From: Candidatus Micrarchaeia archaeon
GTDB lineage: Archaea; Micrarchaeota; Micrarchaeia; CAILAH01
Length of the DNA stretch: 20,719 nucleotides
Assembly: GCA_049970015.1 (NCBI GenBank)
Contig: JBMFNT010000004.1
Span: forward strand, 1 to 20,719
Direction: 5' to 3'
Below are positions 1-8,935 of this stretch, piece after piece. Every line of letters starts with the position of its first letter. The first letter of the stretch is position 1. The notes beneath the pieces were generated by a model. That model had not been told where the DNA came from. It ran no database searches and worked only from the letters and a program-made list of their open reading frames with translations. Both the position numbers and the translations under genes were made by a program.

Positions 1-149
1 GCGTCCCCCCTCAGTTTTCCTTGATTCCTGATCCCCCCTCGGGATATTCAGGATAATTTGGGAAGACAACCGCGGGGCACCTTTCTTCTGGATGCCTAAG
101 AAAGCCAAAGAAGGAATGGGAATAAATGCTGAAGTTCTCTCCTGGCCCA
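1..149 (+). tRNA. Probable 3' part of an intron-containing tRNA: structured intron (<1..135) plus 3' exon 136..149; 5' exon outside window, isotype unknown
   Basis: 130-149 reads TGAA-GT|T-CTCTC-CTGGCCC-A then TTTT. This fits T60, T-stem 3' strand, acceptor 3' strand and discriminator A, preceded by the 3' half of a BHB with the same geometry as the tRNA-Gly 59/60 intron (TGAA-AA|T). Upstream 1-100 is GC-rich with hairpins (TCCTGA 26-31/TCAGGA 48-53; TCCC 32-35/GGGA 41-44). Confidence 0.55.
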
Positions 150-192
150 TTTTAATGATTATGTATTAAAATGTTTATGATGAAGTGATGTA

Positions 193-1335
193 ATGGAACT
201 GCCTAACTTGTATACAGGGGATTACAAAAAGCTTGCAATAATCCCATTGTTGCTTGTATTAATTGGGTTATACTTTATCACACAAATAGAACCTGGCCTT
301 GAGTTTAAGGGAGGTGTACTAGTAACATTAGAGCTTAGCAAACAGATGTCTGAGCAAGAGCTTGGCAGTTTATTATCAGAGATGGGCTTTAAAGATTTTA
401 ATGTGAGGACATACTCTCTTGGTGAATCACATATTGCTGAGATTGAGATTGCGCACACTTCTGAAATAGTTGCGCTTGAGAAAACATACACAAACTTCCT
501 TGACACTTATGACAAGTATTCAAAGAAAGAGTACGAATTGCTTGTCCTTAAAGGCAGTAATGCTAGTACTAGTATTCAAGAGAAAGAGCTCGAGGAATTA
601 AGTGCACGCTTGCTTGTGCTTAGGAAAGAGCTTGCAGACACAGCCTCTGTTGTTATGGGCAGGCAGGTTGTCCTACCAGAGAATATTGACAAGCTTAAAC
701 CGGCAGTTGAGGAATTATTTTCTGATGCAACACTTGTTTACAGAAACAACATAATGTCACAGATTTCTAAGAAAATAAGTTATAAGTCGTATTCTTTTAA
801 GTTGATTAATCCATCACTTAGTACAATCTTCATTGGTAAAATTGAAGGTGTGATGTTGGCAGCAGCAGTACTGTCTGCAGTAACAGTGTTTTTCATATTT
901 AGGAGTTTTATACCATCAGTTGCAGTGCTTACTGGTGCTACATCTGATATAATCTTTGCATTAGGGTTTATGGGCATTATGCATATCCCTCTATCACTTG
1001 CGGCAATAGCAGCAATATTAATGCTCATAGGGTTTTCGCTGGACACGGACATACTCCTTACGGTAAGGATTCTCAAAAAAGGTCTGAAAGACCCGCGTGC
1101 AAGTGCATACAGTGCAATGAAGACGGGTATAACGATGAGCCTGAGTGCAATCTTGGCTTTCTTTGCATTATTTATTGTTGGTGAGATCACTAACATTACA
1201 GTTTACCAAGTTATATCACAGGTAGTTATTGCCGGCCTTATCGGTGATCTCATAGCCACATGGATGCTAAATGCAGTAATAATGATTTACTATGCCGAGC
1301 ATGTTAAGATGGCAGGAAGACACGGTTTTGCATGA
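193..1335 (+). CDS. secF: Protein translocase subunit SecF (archaeal)
   Basis: N-terminal TM followed by GLEFKGG, extracytoplasmic domain, five C-terminal TMs, GFSLDTDILLT motif; ATGA overlap with secD. Confidence 0.92.
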   Translation: MELPNLYTGDYKKLAIIPLLLVLIGLYFITQIEPGLEFKGGVLVTLELSKQMSEQELGSLLSEMGFKDFNVRTYSLGESHIAEIEIAHTSEIVALEKTYTNFLDTYDKYSKKEYELLVLKGSNASTSIQEKELEELSARLLVLRKELADTASVVMGRQVVLPENIDKLKPAVEELFSDATLVYRNNIMSQISKKISYKSYSFKLINPSLSTIFIGKIEGVMLAAAVLSAVTVFFIFRSFIPSVAVLTGATSDIIFALGFMGIMHIPLSLAAIAAILMLIGFSLDTDILLTVRILKKGLKDPRASAYSAMKTGITMSLSAILAFFALFIVGEITNITVYQVISQVVIAGLIGDLIATWMLNAVIMIYYAEHVKMAGRHGFA

Positions 1336-2885
1336 AGAGGTGTGTATGCTTGCGTGAAATACTTCTGGATAGGCGTGTAATGTTTCTGTGTGCGGTAGTA
1401 TTGGTTTCATTGTTGCTCATCTATTTTAAGGGCATCAACTATGGTATAGAGTTTGAAGGTGGTGTAAGGATTCCAATAACATTTGATCGTGACCTTTCTC
1501 CATATCAGATGGAAGAAGTATCTAATATATTGAAGACGAGAGTATCAAAGTTTGGCCTTACACAGGTTGTTGTCCGCCCGCTTCCTCCACGTGAGCTGCA
1601 GATTGAGCTCGCAAAAGGTGATGAATCTTCCATTCAACAGATTGAGAAAATATTGAGGCAGCAGGGTAATTTTGAAGCAATTATAGATGGAAAGATAGGC
1701 ATAACAGGTGAGGACATATTACCAGGTAGTATAAGTGATGGTGCCATAACAACTATTGGGAAGAACCAGTATAAATGGGAGGTTGATTTTGCAGTTAGTG
1801 ATGAGGGTGCAAAGAGGTTTGCCGCAGTTGCATATGGTAAGGCAAACAAGCCAGTTTATATGTTTCTTGATAGACCAACTTCCGCAATCATCCTAGTTGA
1901 GCCAAGACATTTCCCAAAAGGGGCTGGTATTGCAGATGTCATTACAGCAGTTATGCAATTCAATAATATAGAAAATAGTAACATATCCGTGATAGTTGTT
2001 GATGACTGGAATGTAAAGAAACAACTTATAGTTAAAGAGATTGAAAACTCTAGCAAAATAATAATAGCATCTGAGAATTCAACATTTGCAGAAGAGTTGA
2101 AACAGTTGTCTAATAACACGCGCCTTATTCCTGATGAGGATATAGAGTTTACACTTTCTTATGATGAGATGACTGGGGATTACATAATATCCAAATGGAA
2201 GGCAATAGGCCTATTATCTGCACCATTACTTTCCGAAGGGCTGGCAAAGGGTTCACCATCACGTCTGGTCAGTGTTAGTGGTACTGCCCAATCGATTGAA
2301 AGTGCAGAGACAAATGCAAAAGAGATTAGAAGTCTGCTAAGCGGTGGGCGGCTACCAGTCAATGCAATAATAGGATCAACAATTAGTATACCCGCACCTC
2401 TTGGAAAACAGTTCCTAGAAACCAGTATATTTGGTGCAGTGGTTGCATTCATTTTAATTATACTCTTTGTTTCAGTGAGATATGCCAACCCGCGGTTGTT
2501 TGTGCCCATAATAGTAGTGTCGCTGGCTGAGCTTATAATTCTAGTGGCAATATTGGGAGGGTTTGGAACAATTGATTTTGCAGCCATGGCAGGCATAATT
2601 GCAGCAATGGGTGTCAGTATAGATGCACAAATCATAATTACTGATGAAGTGTTCAGGAAAGGAAAAGATGAAATTCATGCATCCAAAGATGAGCTTAAGG
2701 AGCGTGAGAATCATGCTTTCTACATAATAACACGTAATGTTGCAATAGCAGTTGTTGCAATGCTCCCACTCTTCTTTTCAGGTGTTGTAGAGATAGTAGG
2801 CTTTGCAACTGCAACCATACTTGGTTCTGTGCTAGGCCTTCTCATCTCAAGGCCCGCCTATGCAGCAATAATAGAGAATATGTAG
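1332..2885 (+). CDS. secD: Protein translocase subunit SecD (archaeal)
   Basis: GIEFEGGVRI motif, large P1 domain, LSGGRLP, GVSIDAQIIITDE with the conserved Asp, six TMs. True start may be slightly downstream. Confidence 0.92.
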   Translation: MKRCVCLREILLDRRVMFLCAVVLVSLLLIYFKGINYGIEFEGGVRIPITFDRDLSPYQMEEVSNILKTRVSKFGLTQVVVRPLPPRELQIELAKGDESSIQQIEKILRQQGNFEAIIDGKIGITGEDILPGSISDGAITTIGKNQYKWEVDFAVSDEGAKRFAAVAYGKANKPVYMFLDRPTSAIILVEPRHFPKGAGIADVITAVMQFNNIENSNISVIVVDDWNVKKQLIVKEIENSSKIIIASENSTFAEELKQLSNNTRLIPDEDIEFTLSYDEMTGDYIISKWKAIGLLSAPLLSEGLAKGSPSRLVSVSGTAQSIESAETNAKEIRSLLSGGRLPVNAIIGSTISIPAPLGKQFLETSIFGAVVAFILIILFVSVRYANPRLFVPIIVVSLAELIILVAILGGFGTIDFAAMAGIIAAMGVSIDAQIIITDEVFRKGKDEIHASKDELKERENHAFYIITRNVAIAVVAMLPLFFSGVVEIVGFATATILGSVLGLLISRPAYAAIIENM

Positions 2886-3026
2886 AGAATCTTGGAATTG
2901 GAGGAAAGCAAGATCATAGCCCTTGCAACTTTTGAGATCGCTGCCTTTAACTTGCTGCCCCCGGCTGAAGATATTGTACATGAACAAGTTTGATAAAAAC
3001 ATGAAGAAATAAGGAGAGTAGCCAAA

Positions 3027-3269
3027 ATGAAGGTGTGGGCTGTCCAGGCTTTTTGAACATTTTAAGAGATTTTGTAGGAGCGGCCGGTTTCCTAATAAAC
3101 GGCTATTGGAAAGCATAAAAAAAGAAATCTGAAGGGTGTGCTGGATGCAATTAATGAGGGCGCTGATGTGAATGCAAAAAATAGGTTTGGGCAGACAGCC
3201 TATGATTTGGCCGCCAGCAAAGGATATGATGAGATAGTAGCAATTCTAACAAAGGCAGATGACCACTGA
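3027..3269 (+). pseudogene. Frameshifted short ankyrin-repeat gene
   Basis: NKRLLESIKK in one frame joins RNLKGVLDAINEGADVNAKNRFGQTAYDLAASKGYDEIVAILTKADDH* after a -1 shift at the A7 run (3117-3123). GADVNAK..GQTA is the ankyrin consensus. ATG 3027 is preceded by AGGAG but hits a stop after 9 codons. Confidence 0.7.
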
Positions 3270-3273
3270 AGGA

Positions 3274-3894
3274 TTACATTAGGTTAACAAATGCGACGGG
3301 CATAAGTTGTTCTAAGTATATTTCCCCATTCTTTTTTGTGCCTTTATATAAGTATTGCCAGAATAGCGGGCCCATTGGCAGGATTATGATCCCACCTTCT
3401 TTTAGCTGCTCTTTCCATGGCGCATATATGTTTTGCGATGATGCGCTCACAATTATTCTATCATATGGTGCAAACTGTGGGGCACCGAGCTTACCATCAC
3501 AGTGCAAAAATATTGTGTTTTTTATACCAAGTTCAGTGAATCTCCTGCGTGCACTCTCAATAAACTGTTCTATAATGTCCACGCTTACTACCCTTCCATC
3601 ATTACCAACAATATGTGAGATTATTGCAGTTTGCCATGCACTACCCGTCCCTATCTCCAATATGTTCATCCCTTCTCTAATATCTGCGAGTGAGAGCATC
3701 ATCCCAACCATACTAGGTGCTGAGCAGGTTTGTTCTTTTCCAATGAGTAATGGCAGGTCTGCATATGCATACTTTCTTTGTTCGTTAGGTAGGAATAGCT
3801 CACGAGGATATTTCAGCATGCCTTCCGCAACTTTATCATTCACATACCCCATATGTTTCAGGTAATCCACAAGAGATTCATTGTCCTCAAACAT
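3274..3894 (-). CDS. pcm: Protein-L-isoaspartate O-methyltransferase
   Basis: PRELF, AYADLPL, QTCSAPSMV, LEIGTGS, APYDRI, QLKEGG, VAFVNL motifs. Confidence 0.92.
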   Translation of the reverse strand: MFEDNESLVDYLKHMGYVNDKVAEGMLKYPRELFLPNEQRKYAYADLPLLIGKEQTCSAPSMVGMMLSLADIREGMNILEIGTGSAWQTAIISHIVGNDGRVVSVDIIEQFIESARRRFTELGIKNTIFLHCDGKLGAPQFAPYDRIIVSASSQNIYAPWKEQLKEGGIIILPMGPLFWQYLYKGTKKNGEIYLEQLMPVAFVNLM

Positions 3895-3900
3895 TGTAAA

Positions 3901-4215
3901 TTACCCAAATATAGAGCCAAACCCGCTTTGTGCTCGTTCCTCCTCTTCGTTGACTCTCTTGACTATTTGTGAGCATTTCTCATTCTCAAGTGTTTCGACC
4001 TGGCTTATCCCGCTAAACAGTTTTGATGCGTGCTCTTTGAACTCAATATCTACATTCCTTACAACAACAAGTGTTTTGCCAGGGAATCCAAAATCTTCAC
4101 CATCCTTAACTACATACCCCATCCTTCCAAAACTTACTTTATCATACTTATCATTTTCTATGATAGGCATTGCCTTTGACTTGATATCGTTTGGAAATAT
4201 GTAAACTATATTCAT
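3901..4215 (-). CDS. Hypothetical protein (C-terminal A-x-x-GFG-x-IFG)
   Basis: Tightly coupled in the fni-suhB-orf-pcm run (4-nt overlap with the IMPase gene); protein-like composition. Confidence 0.75.
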   Translation of the reverse strand: MNIVYIFPNDIKSKAMPIIENDKYDKVSFGRMGYVVKDGEDFGFPGKTLVVVRNVDIEFKEHASKLFSGISQVETLENEKCSQIVKRVNEEEERAQSGFGSIFG

Positions 4216-4997
4216 TGCACCACCTTGTTTAAGATACTTCTTATATCATTATAAATATTAGGTGATGCTATCATAATGGCATCCTTCTCAATCATTTCTT
4301 TTCTCACACCGCCCGCTTTGCATCCGCTCTCTAGGCCTACAATCAAGCCCGCCTTGAAATCCCATGGCTTTACTCCATAACCAATGAATGCATCTATCCT
4401 TCCGCTTGCAGTGTAGCATATCTCAAGCGCAGCACTACCAAGCTTTCTTATGTCACCCACCATATACTTGAGTTCACCCATTATTTTTAGGAAAGCACTT
4501 ATCTCTTCATCACTTCTACCATGACATATTCCTATGAATGCTTTTTCCAGCATGTTGTTTTTTGATGGGGAGATTTTTGAACCGTTCAAGAATGCTCCTC
4601 CACCTCTCTCAGCATAGAATACTTCATCTAAAATTGGGTTGTAAACTGCACCGCACAACAGCACACCATTTTCCTCAAGTGCTATTGAAGTATTAAAGTA
4701 TGGTATGTGATGTATGAAATTTGTAGTGCCGTCCAATGGATCAACATACCAGGTATACTTGCTGTTCTTTTTTTCAATCATACCCCTCTCCTCACTGATT
4801 ATAGTATGTTCTGGATATGTTTCAGTGAGATATTCTACTATTATCTCCTCTGCACCTTTATCAGCAGATGTTACGAAATCGTGCCTTCCCTTTTGCTCAA
4901 CTGATAATTCATTTCCTGCAAACATTTCTTTTAGGAAGTTGCCAGCAAGCCGTGCACAGTGCACTGCATCATTCAAATATGTTGCCACTTTCTCCAC
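4212..4997 (-). CDS. suhB: Inositol monophosphatase (possibly bifunctional IMPase/FBPase)
   Basis: DFVTSAD, SEE, WYVDPLDGTTNF, GSAALE, PWDFKAG motifs. Confidence 0.93.
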   Translation of the reverse strand: MEKVATYLNDAVHCARLAGNFLKEMFAGNELSVEQKGRHDFVTSADKGAEEIIVEYLTETYPEHTIISEERGMIEKKNSKYTWYVDPLDGTTNFIHHIPYFNTSIALEENGVLLCGAVYNPILDEVFYAERGGGAFLNGSKISPSKNNMLEKAFIGICHGRSDEEISAFLKIMGELKYMVGDIRKLGSAALEICYTASGRIDAFIGYGVKPWDFKAGLIVGLESGCKAGGVRKEMIEKDAIMIASPNIYNDIRSILNKVVQ

Positions 4998-5012
4998 CTT
5001 TTCTCTTAGTAT

Positions 5013-6068
5013 TCATCTTTTGTTTGCGTATGAGTTTATATCAATGCCTCTAGTACGCATCCATTCTGCAGTCTTACCAGTTATGACTATGTTACAGCAG
5101 AACAGTTCATGTAGGTTTTGCGAGTTTGTGAGCATCATCGCCCTTTTTAGGTATGTTATAAATTTCTCTTCTATTGTTTTCTCAAGTGTGTTTTCATAAT
5201 ATGCTTTTATGAATACAAGTGCTCCACCACCCACATCCGCACCGAGCGCGATTGCTCTTGCAACATCAAGCCCATCCCGTATACCACCGCTTGCAATCGT
5301 AAATGTTCCCGTCCGTGAGACCTCAACTATACATACTGGTGTAGGATTACCCCATTCAGAGAACGGGCCTGCATCACCACCGCGGAATTCCTCAACCCTG
5401 CTCCAGGAAGTACCACCCCTTCCCGCAACATCTATCCCTTTTATGTATGGCTTCGGGCCAGTGAAAAGGTTAACCACGCGCCTACTTATGCCCGCTCCAG
5501 TTTCCTTAAGTATCACCGGAAACTCGATCTCACGGCATAAACTTTCCACAGAAGCTCTTAACCCTTTGAAATTCCTGTCACCTTCCGGTTGTACAAGCTC
5601 CTGCAAGGTATTAAGGTGTATTGCGAGGTAATTTGCATCAACATCTTTAAGCATATCATTTATTTTTGAAGAGCCGTATTGTGATATTTGAACAGCCCCT
5701 ATATTGCCAATTATGGGAATGCTTTCAGCAACATCACGAACATAGTATGTATCCTTCATTTTTGGGTTTTCAAGCATTGCACGCTGTGAGCCTAACCCGA
5801 AAGCGATACCATACTTTTCACACAGCGCGGCAAGCCGTCTGTTTATTTTCTTTGCCTCTGGGTATCCACCAGTCATTCCCGTTATCATAAAAGGGTATTT
5901 TAAGTGGTGATTTATGAAAATAGTCTCAGTATCTAGGTCATCATAGTTTAGGTCAGTTAGTGCAAAATGCATAAACTCTATGTCATCAAAAAAATTGTGC
6001 CTGTACACTACATCTTCTTTCAGGCATATGCGGACGTGATCATCTTTCCTCTTTTTTATTGTGCTCAT
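5013..6068 (-). CDS. fni: Type 2 isopentenyl-diphosphate delta-isomerase
   Basis: RKDDHV, MTGG, GSQR, HLNTLQELVQPEGDRNF, KETGAG, GRGGTSW, SGGIRDG motifs. Confidence 0.96.
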   Translation of the reverse strand: MSTIKKRKDDHVRICLKEDVVYRHNFFDDIEFMHFALTDLNYDDLDTETIFINHHLKYPFMITGMTGGYPEAKKINRRLAALCEKYGIAFGLGSQRAMLENPKMKDTYYVRDVAESIPIIGNIGAVQISQYGSSKINDMLKDVDANYLAIHLNTLQELVQPEGDRNFKGLRASVESLCREIEFPVILKETGAGISRRVVNLFTGPKPYIKGIDVAGRGGTSWSRVEEFRGGDAGPFSEWGNPTPVCIVEVSRTGTFTIASGGIRDGLDVARAIALGADVGGGALVFIKAYYENTLEKTIEEKFITYLKRAMMLTNSQNLHELFCCNIVITGKTAEWMRTRGIDINSYANKR

Positions 6069-6139
6069 GCTGTAATATAGGTGTCCAAATATTTAAATTA
6101 TAAAATGTTTGTCCCTTTATTTTATATAAGTGAGAGGAT

Positions 6140-6273
6140 GCCCGAGTAGCTCAGTGGTGGAGCGTCCGGCTGTTAACCTGTTTGTTTAGCAGGGAGGAAT
6201 GTGCCTTACTAAAAATAAGTTTGGAAGGCGCCCTTCGACCGGAAGGTCGCAGGTTCGAGTCCTGCCTCGGGCG
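6140..6273 (+). tRNA. tRNA-Asn(GTT) with 62-nt insertion at 37/38 (6176..6237), probably two tandem introns 6176..6199 and 6200..6237
   Basis: Acceptor GCCCGAG/CTCGGGC, D-arm GCTC/GAGC, anticodon stem TCCGG/CCGGA, loop CT-GTT-A|A, T-arm GCAGG-TTCGAGT-CCTGC, discriminator G. Confidence 0.95.
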
Positions 6274-6398
6274 TGTGTGAATAACACTTTGCAGGTTTGC
6301 ATTAATTATTTCATCAAGGCATTTATGTGCAGGATAGCAGATAACAGTAACTTAAATATATAAATATTCCATCTAATGTTTATACAAGGTGGATTGGT

Positions 6399-6857
6399 TT
6401 GATAGGAAGGGGTCAAGGTGCGATCGAGTACCTTCTCATACTAGGTGTGGTAATTGTACTGGTCCTTATCATAATAGGTGTGATAGTAGGCTTTCAGAGC
6501 AGTGTCACTTCGGTAACAAAGCAGCAGAGTGATACATATTGGGCAGGGGCAGATATAGGCATACTACCTAATCATCTTGTAAATTCTTCTGGGGCATATA
6601 TAACGGTTAAGAATAACAGGCCTTTCAGGATACGGATTACTGAGATAAAGTTCATAGATGACTCGGGAAGCAAGGGTGTGCTTCCATCTTCGTTTACGCT
6701 CTCACCCGGTGCATCCGCGGACATAGAGCTTGGTGGTGTAACCTGCATACCAGGTTCTGATTACTCTTATGCAGTACAAATAAAATATACAGAGCCTTCC
6801 TCTGGAAGACAGTTCACATTTACAGGTGAAACTCCATTAATAGGGAGATGTCAGTAA
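6399..6857 (+). CDS. Archaeal type IV pilin-like protein (class III signal peptide)
   Basis: GRG|QGAIEYLLILG followed by a hydrophobic helix and beta-rich domain; GGTGGA SD upstream of the TTG start. Confidence 0.85.
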   Translation: MIGRGQGAIEYLLILGVVIVLVLIIIGVIVGFQSSVTSVTKQQSDTYWAGADIGILPNHLVNSSGAYITVKNNRPFRIRITEIKFIDDSGSKGVLPSSFTLSPGASADIELGGVTCIPGSDYSYAVQIKYTEPSSGRQFTFTGETPLIGRCQ

Positions 6858-7499
6858 AGGCCTACATTTTTCCTTTAGTACCTCTTTTACCATACCTTCT
6901 CCTTCAATTGATATCTCATCCATAGTGAGATGAACGCTAAACGTTTTTACTCCATCACTTATCACTATTTTGTTATCAATGCCTTCTCCCACATACCCCG
7001 CATCATCAAATATGATATTACCATCTCCATCCCTTATAATAACTTTAACATGTTTTTTGCCAGTGTATTCATCTGACCATGCCCAGTTTTTAGTTATGAG
7101 AACAGCACTAATACTTGTGTTTATACTGAATTCAGATTCATTTGGCAGCCCGGAGTACCACTCCTTACCGCTAAAACTCCTGAACCCCATTTCAGTGTTT
7201 CCACACATAAATCTCGGCTCAAAATCGTTTTTTATTTGCCTATTGCTTATTATTGCAAAATTGCTCATAACCTGACTATAATCTTCTATATTTATATGCC
7301 GGCCTGTTTGCACGGTTATGGAAGTGCTATTAATGTTTTGTACAACATCAATATGGCACAACTTCATGAAACTGCGTTCAACCATGCCCTGTGTAAAATC
7401 AGTAGGTGGTATGATAGGCATTCCGTTTTGTACTATCATTATGCCAGTGAACGCTATCGCAATGATAACTACTATGACCGTGTACAGAAATCCTCTCAT
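6837..7499 (-). CDS. Pilin-like protein with class III-type signal peptide
   Basis: MRG|FLYTVIVVII N-terminus; coupled to the upstream gene by ATGA overlap. Confidence 0.7.
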   Translation of the reverse strand: MRGFLYTVIVVIIAIAFTGIMIVQNGMPIIPPTDFTQGMVERSFMKLCHIDVVQNINSTSITVQTGRHINIEDYSQVMSNFAIISNRQIKNDFEPRFMCGNTEMGFRSFSGKEWYSGLPNESEFSINTSISAVLITKNWAWSDEYTGKKHVKVIIRDGDGNIIFDDAGYVGEGIDNKIVISDGVKTFSVHLTMDEISIEGEGMVKEVLKEKCRPLLTSPY

Positions 7500-7849
7500 A
7501 TATATCCACTACAAACTTCCATTCTTACTATATACACATCATCCATCTCTACATAGACATAATCATAATTTATGTTATACTCTTTGCATGTGCAACTACT
7601 CGCTCCTTCTTTAACAATCTCCATATTTACATCATAAATTTTATACTTTCCGCATACTCCAGCGCGTTCCATAAGGGACTCTAAATCATTGCCTGTATTC
7701 TGATGCACGGATGCAATGCTGTCCAGGGTTATTTTTGCTTCATATGGTATGACAGTGGTGCCCTGTACTGATATTATGAAGAATGCAAAGAGTAGTGCCA
7801 TCAATGCATCTATTGTAAACACAAACCCCCTCATCTTTGGCTCACCCAT
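7496..7849 (-). CDS. Minor pilin-like protein (class III signal peptide)
   Basis: MRG|FVFTIDALMALL, typical of archaeal minor pilins; start could be the internal Met (MRGF). Confidence 0.78.
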   Translation of the reverse strand: MGEPKMRGFVFTIDALMALLFAFFIISVQGTTVIPYEAKITLDSIASVHQNTGNDLESLMERAGVCGKYKIYDVNMEIVKEGASSCTCKEYNINYDYVYVEMDDVYIVRMEVCSGYI

Positions 7850-8316
7850 ACTCTGACATTACATATAACATTTCCATTGTTTGCAAGTGCAGTAGTAATC
7901 ACAGGCCTATCACCAAACACGCCACCCTTTGCAATCCCTTTGGCACCACAATCCGCTATTATGCCAACATCGTATGCAACACCTTCACGGCTGAGTGTAT
8001 TCTCTTCCCTAAACTTTTCGTAAGCATCTTCATCATTCAATCTTTCAATGAACGCAAGAAACCCATCATTCACCCTATATCTTCCAGTGTTGAATCCATA
8101 CTCACTAGTGAGTAACATTTTTTCAATAATGCGCTCTCCAGCAACCAGCATATGCTCTTTTCTAGCCAACTCACTAAACCCAGCAACCTGAGAATTCACA
8201 AATGAAATAAGCATGAGAATTGTTACAACTGATATGAAGAATGAGATACAAGCATCCTGCACAAATATTTGACCCTTCCTGTACATCCCTATGCGCAATA
8301 CATTCATAGGCACCAT
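7831..8316 (-). CDS. Minor pilin-like protein (class III signal peptide)
   Basis: RKG|QIFVQDACISFFI plus hydrophobic stretch; true start probably at MYRKG. Confidence 0.75.
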   Translation of the reverse strand: MVPMNVLRIGMYRKGQIFVQDACISFFISVVTILMLISFVNSQVAGFSELARKEHMLVAGERIIEKMLLTSEYGFNTGRYRVNDGFLAFIERLNDEDAYEKFREENTLSREGVAYDVGIIADCGAKGIAKGGVFGDRPVITTALANNGNVICNVRVWVSQR

Positions 8317-8670
8317 TTATCCATTTTTGAATACTGTGGATTCGAGATAGTCCATCTTTTGTATACCTCCATCAAACACTTTCATATCCCTTATCTCATT
8401 GTTCTCAACCGTAATAAAATATACCTTTCTGTTATCAGTCATCAGCACTTTTCCATTCAACCTATTTCCTTTCAGGTCAAGCTTTGATGTATCGATCTTT
8501 ATGTCCTTTGGTAATTCCTCAGGTTTCACATTCTCCAATGTCTTGTTTATGCGCTCGAGCGATGCCTTTGCTTCCTTATAAACCTTACCCTCAGGGTCAA
8601 GCTGTGGTATTAGTACCTCAAGGTTCTCCTTTATTTCAAGCAGTCTCTTTAGTATGATCATCTTCATCAT
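8317..8670 (-). CDS. Hypothetical protein
   Basis: Abuts both neighbours with no gap; helical N-terminus, beta-like C-terminus. Confidence 0.7.
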   Translation of the reverse strand: MMKMIILKRLLEIKENLEVLIPQLDPEGKVYKEAKASLERINKTLENVKPEELPKDIKIDTSKLDLKGNRLNGKVLMTDNRKVYFITVENNEIRDMKVFDGGIQKMDYLESTVFKNG

Positions 8671-8856
8671 TTAAACACCTCTATTTTCATATTTTGTTAT
8701 TGCACCTATCAGGCCCAATAATTTCTTTGATTCCAAAGCCAGTCCTTGCACCTCTCTATAACTAATTTTCTGTATAAGCTTTTTACTCTCATCAACAAGC
8801 TTTTGGGCTTCTTCCTCCTGTTTTAATTTTTGTGTAGTTGGCATGGAAACACCCAC
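8671..8856 (-). CDS. Small helical hypothetical protein (likely start ATG 8844)
   Basis: First gene of the minus-strand run; GAGGTG SD for the next gene lies in its 3' end; ESKKL occurs twice. Confidence 0.6.
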   Translation of the reverse strand: MGVSMPTTQKLKQEEEAQKLVDESKKLIQKISYREVQGLALESKKLLGLIGAITKYENRGV

Positions 8857-8900
8857 TTATAATATGAAATGCGATATATATAAATGTTTAGTGCTTTAAT
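8855..8900. promoter_or_regulatory. Divergent promoter region (TATA-like GATATATATAAA, 8873-8884)
   Basis: AT-rich TATA-like box between the divergently oriented pilin-like operon and ileS. Confidence 0.45.
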
Positions 8901-8935
8901 TCTTCCCGTCAATAATCACAGGTGTTGGTGGTAGC

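Noticed and set aside
1..150. RNase P RNA, SRP RNA, or a minus-strand ORF (MGQERTSAF...)
   Set aside because: No GAGGAAAGUCC/AACAGAA P4 elements and no SRP helix-8 motif visible; the ORF has no recognisable protein features. The tRNA 3'-exon reading fits better, though these cannot be fully excluded without flanking sequence.
2892..2993. 33-codon TTG-started ORF after secD
   Set aside because: Short, with no recognisable motif or clear RBS; cannot be supported.
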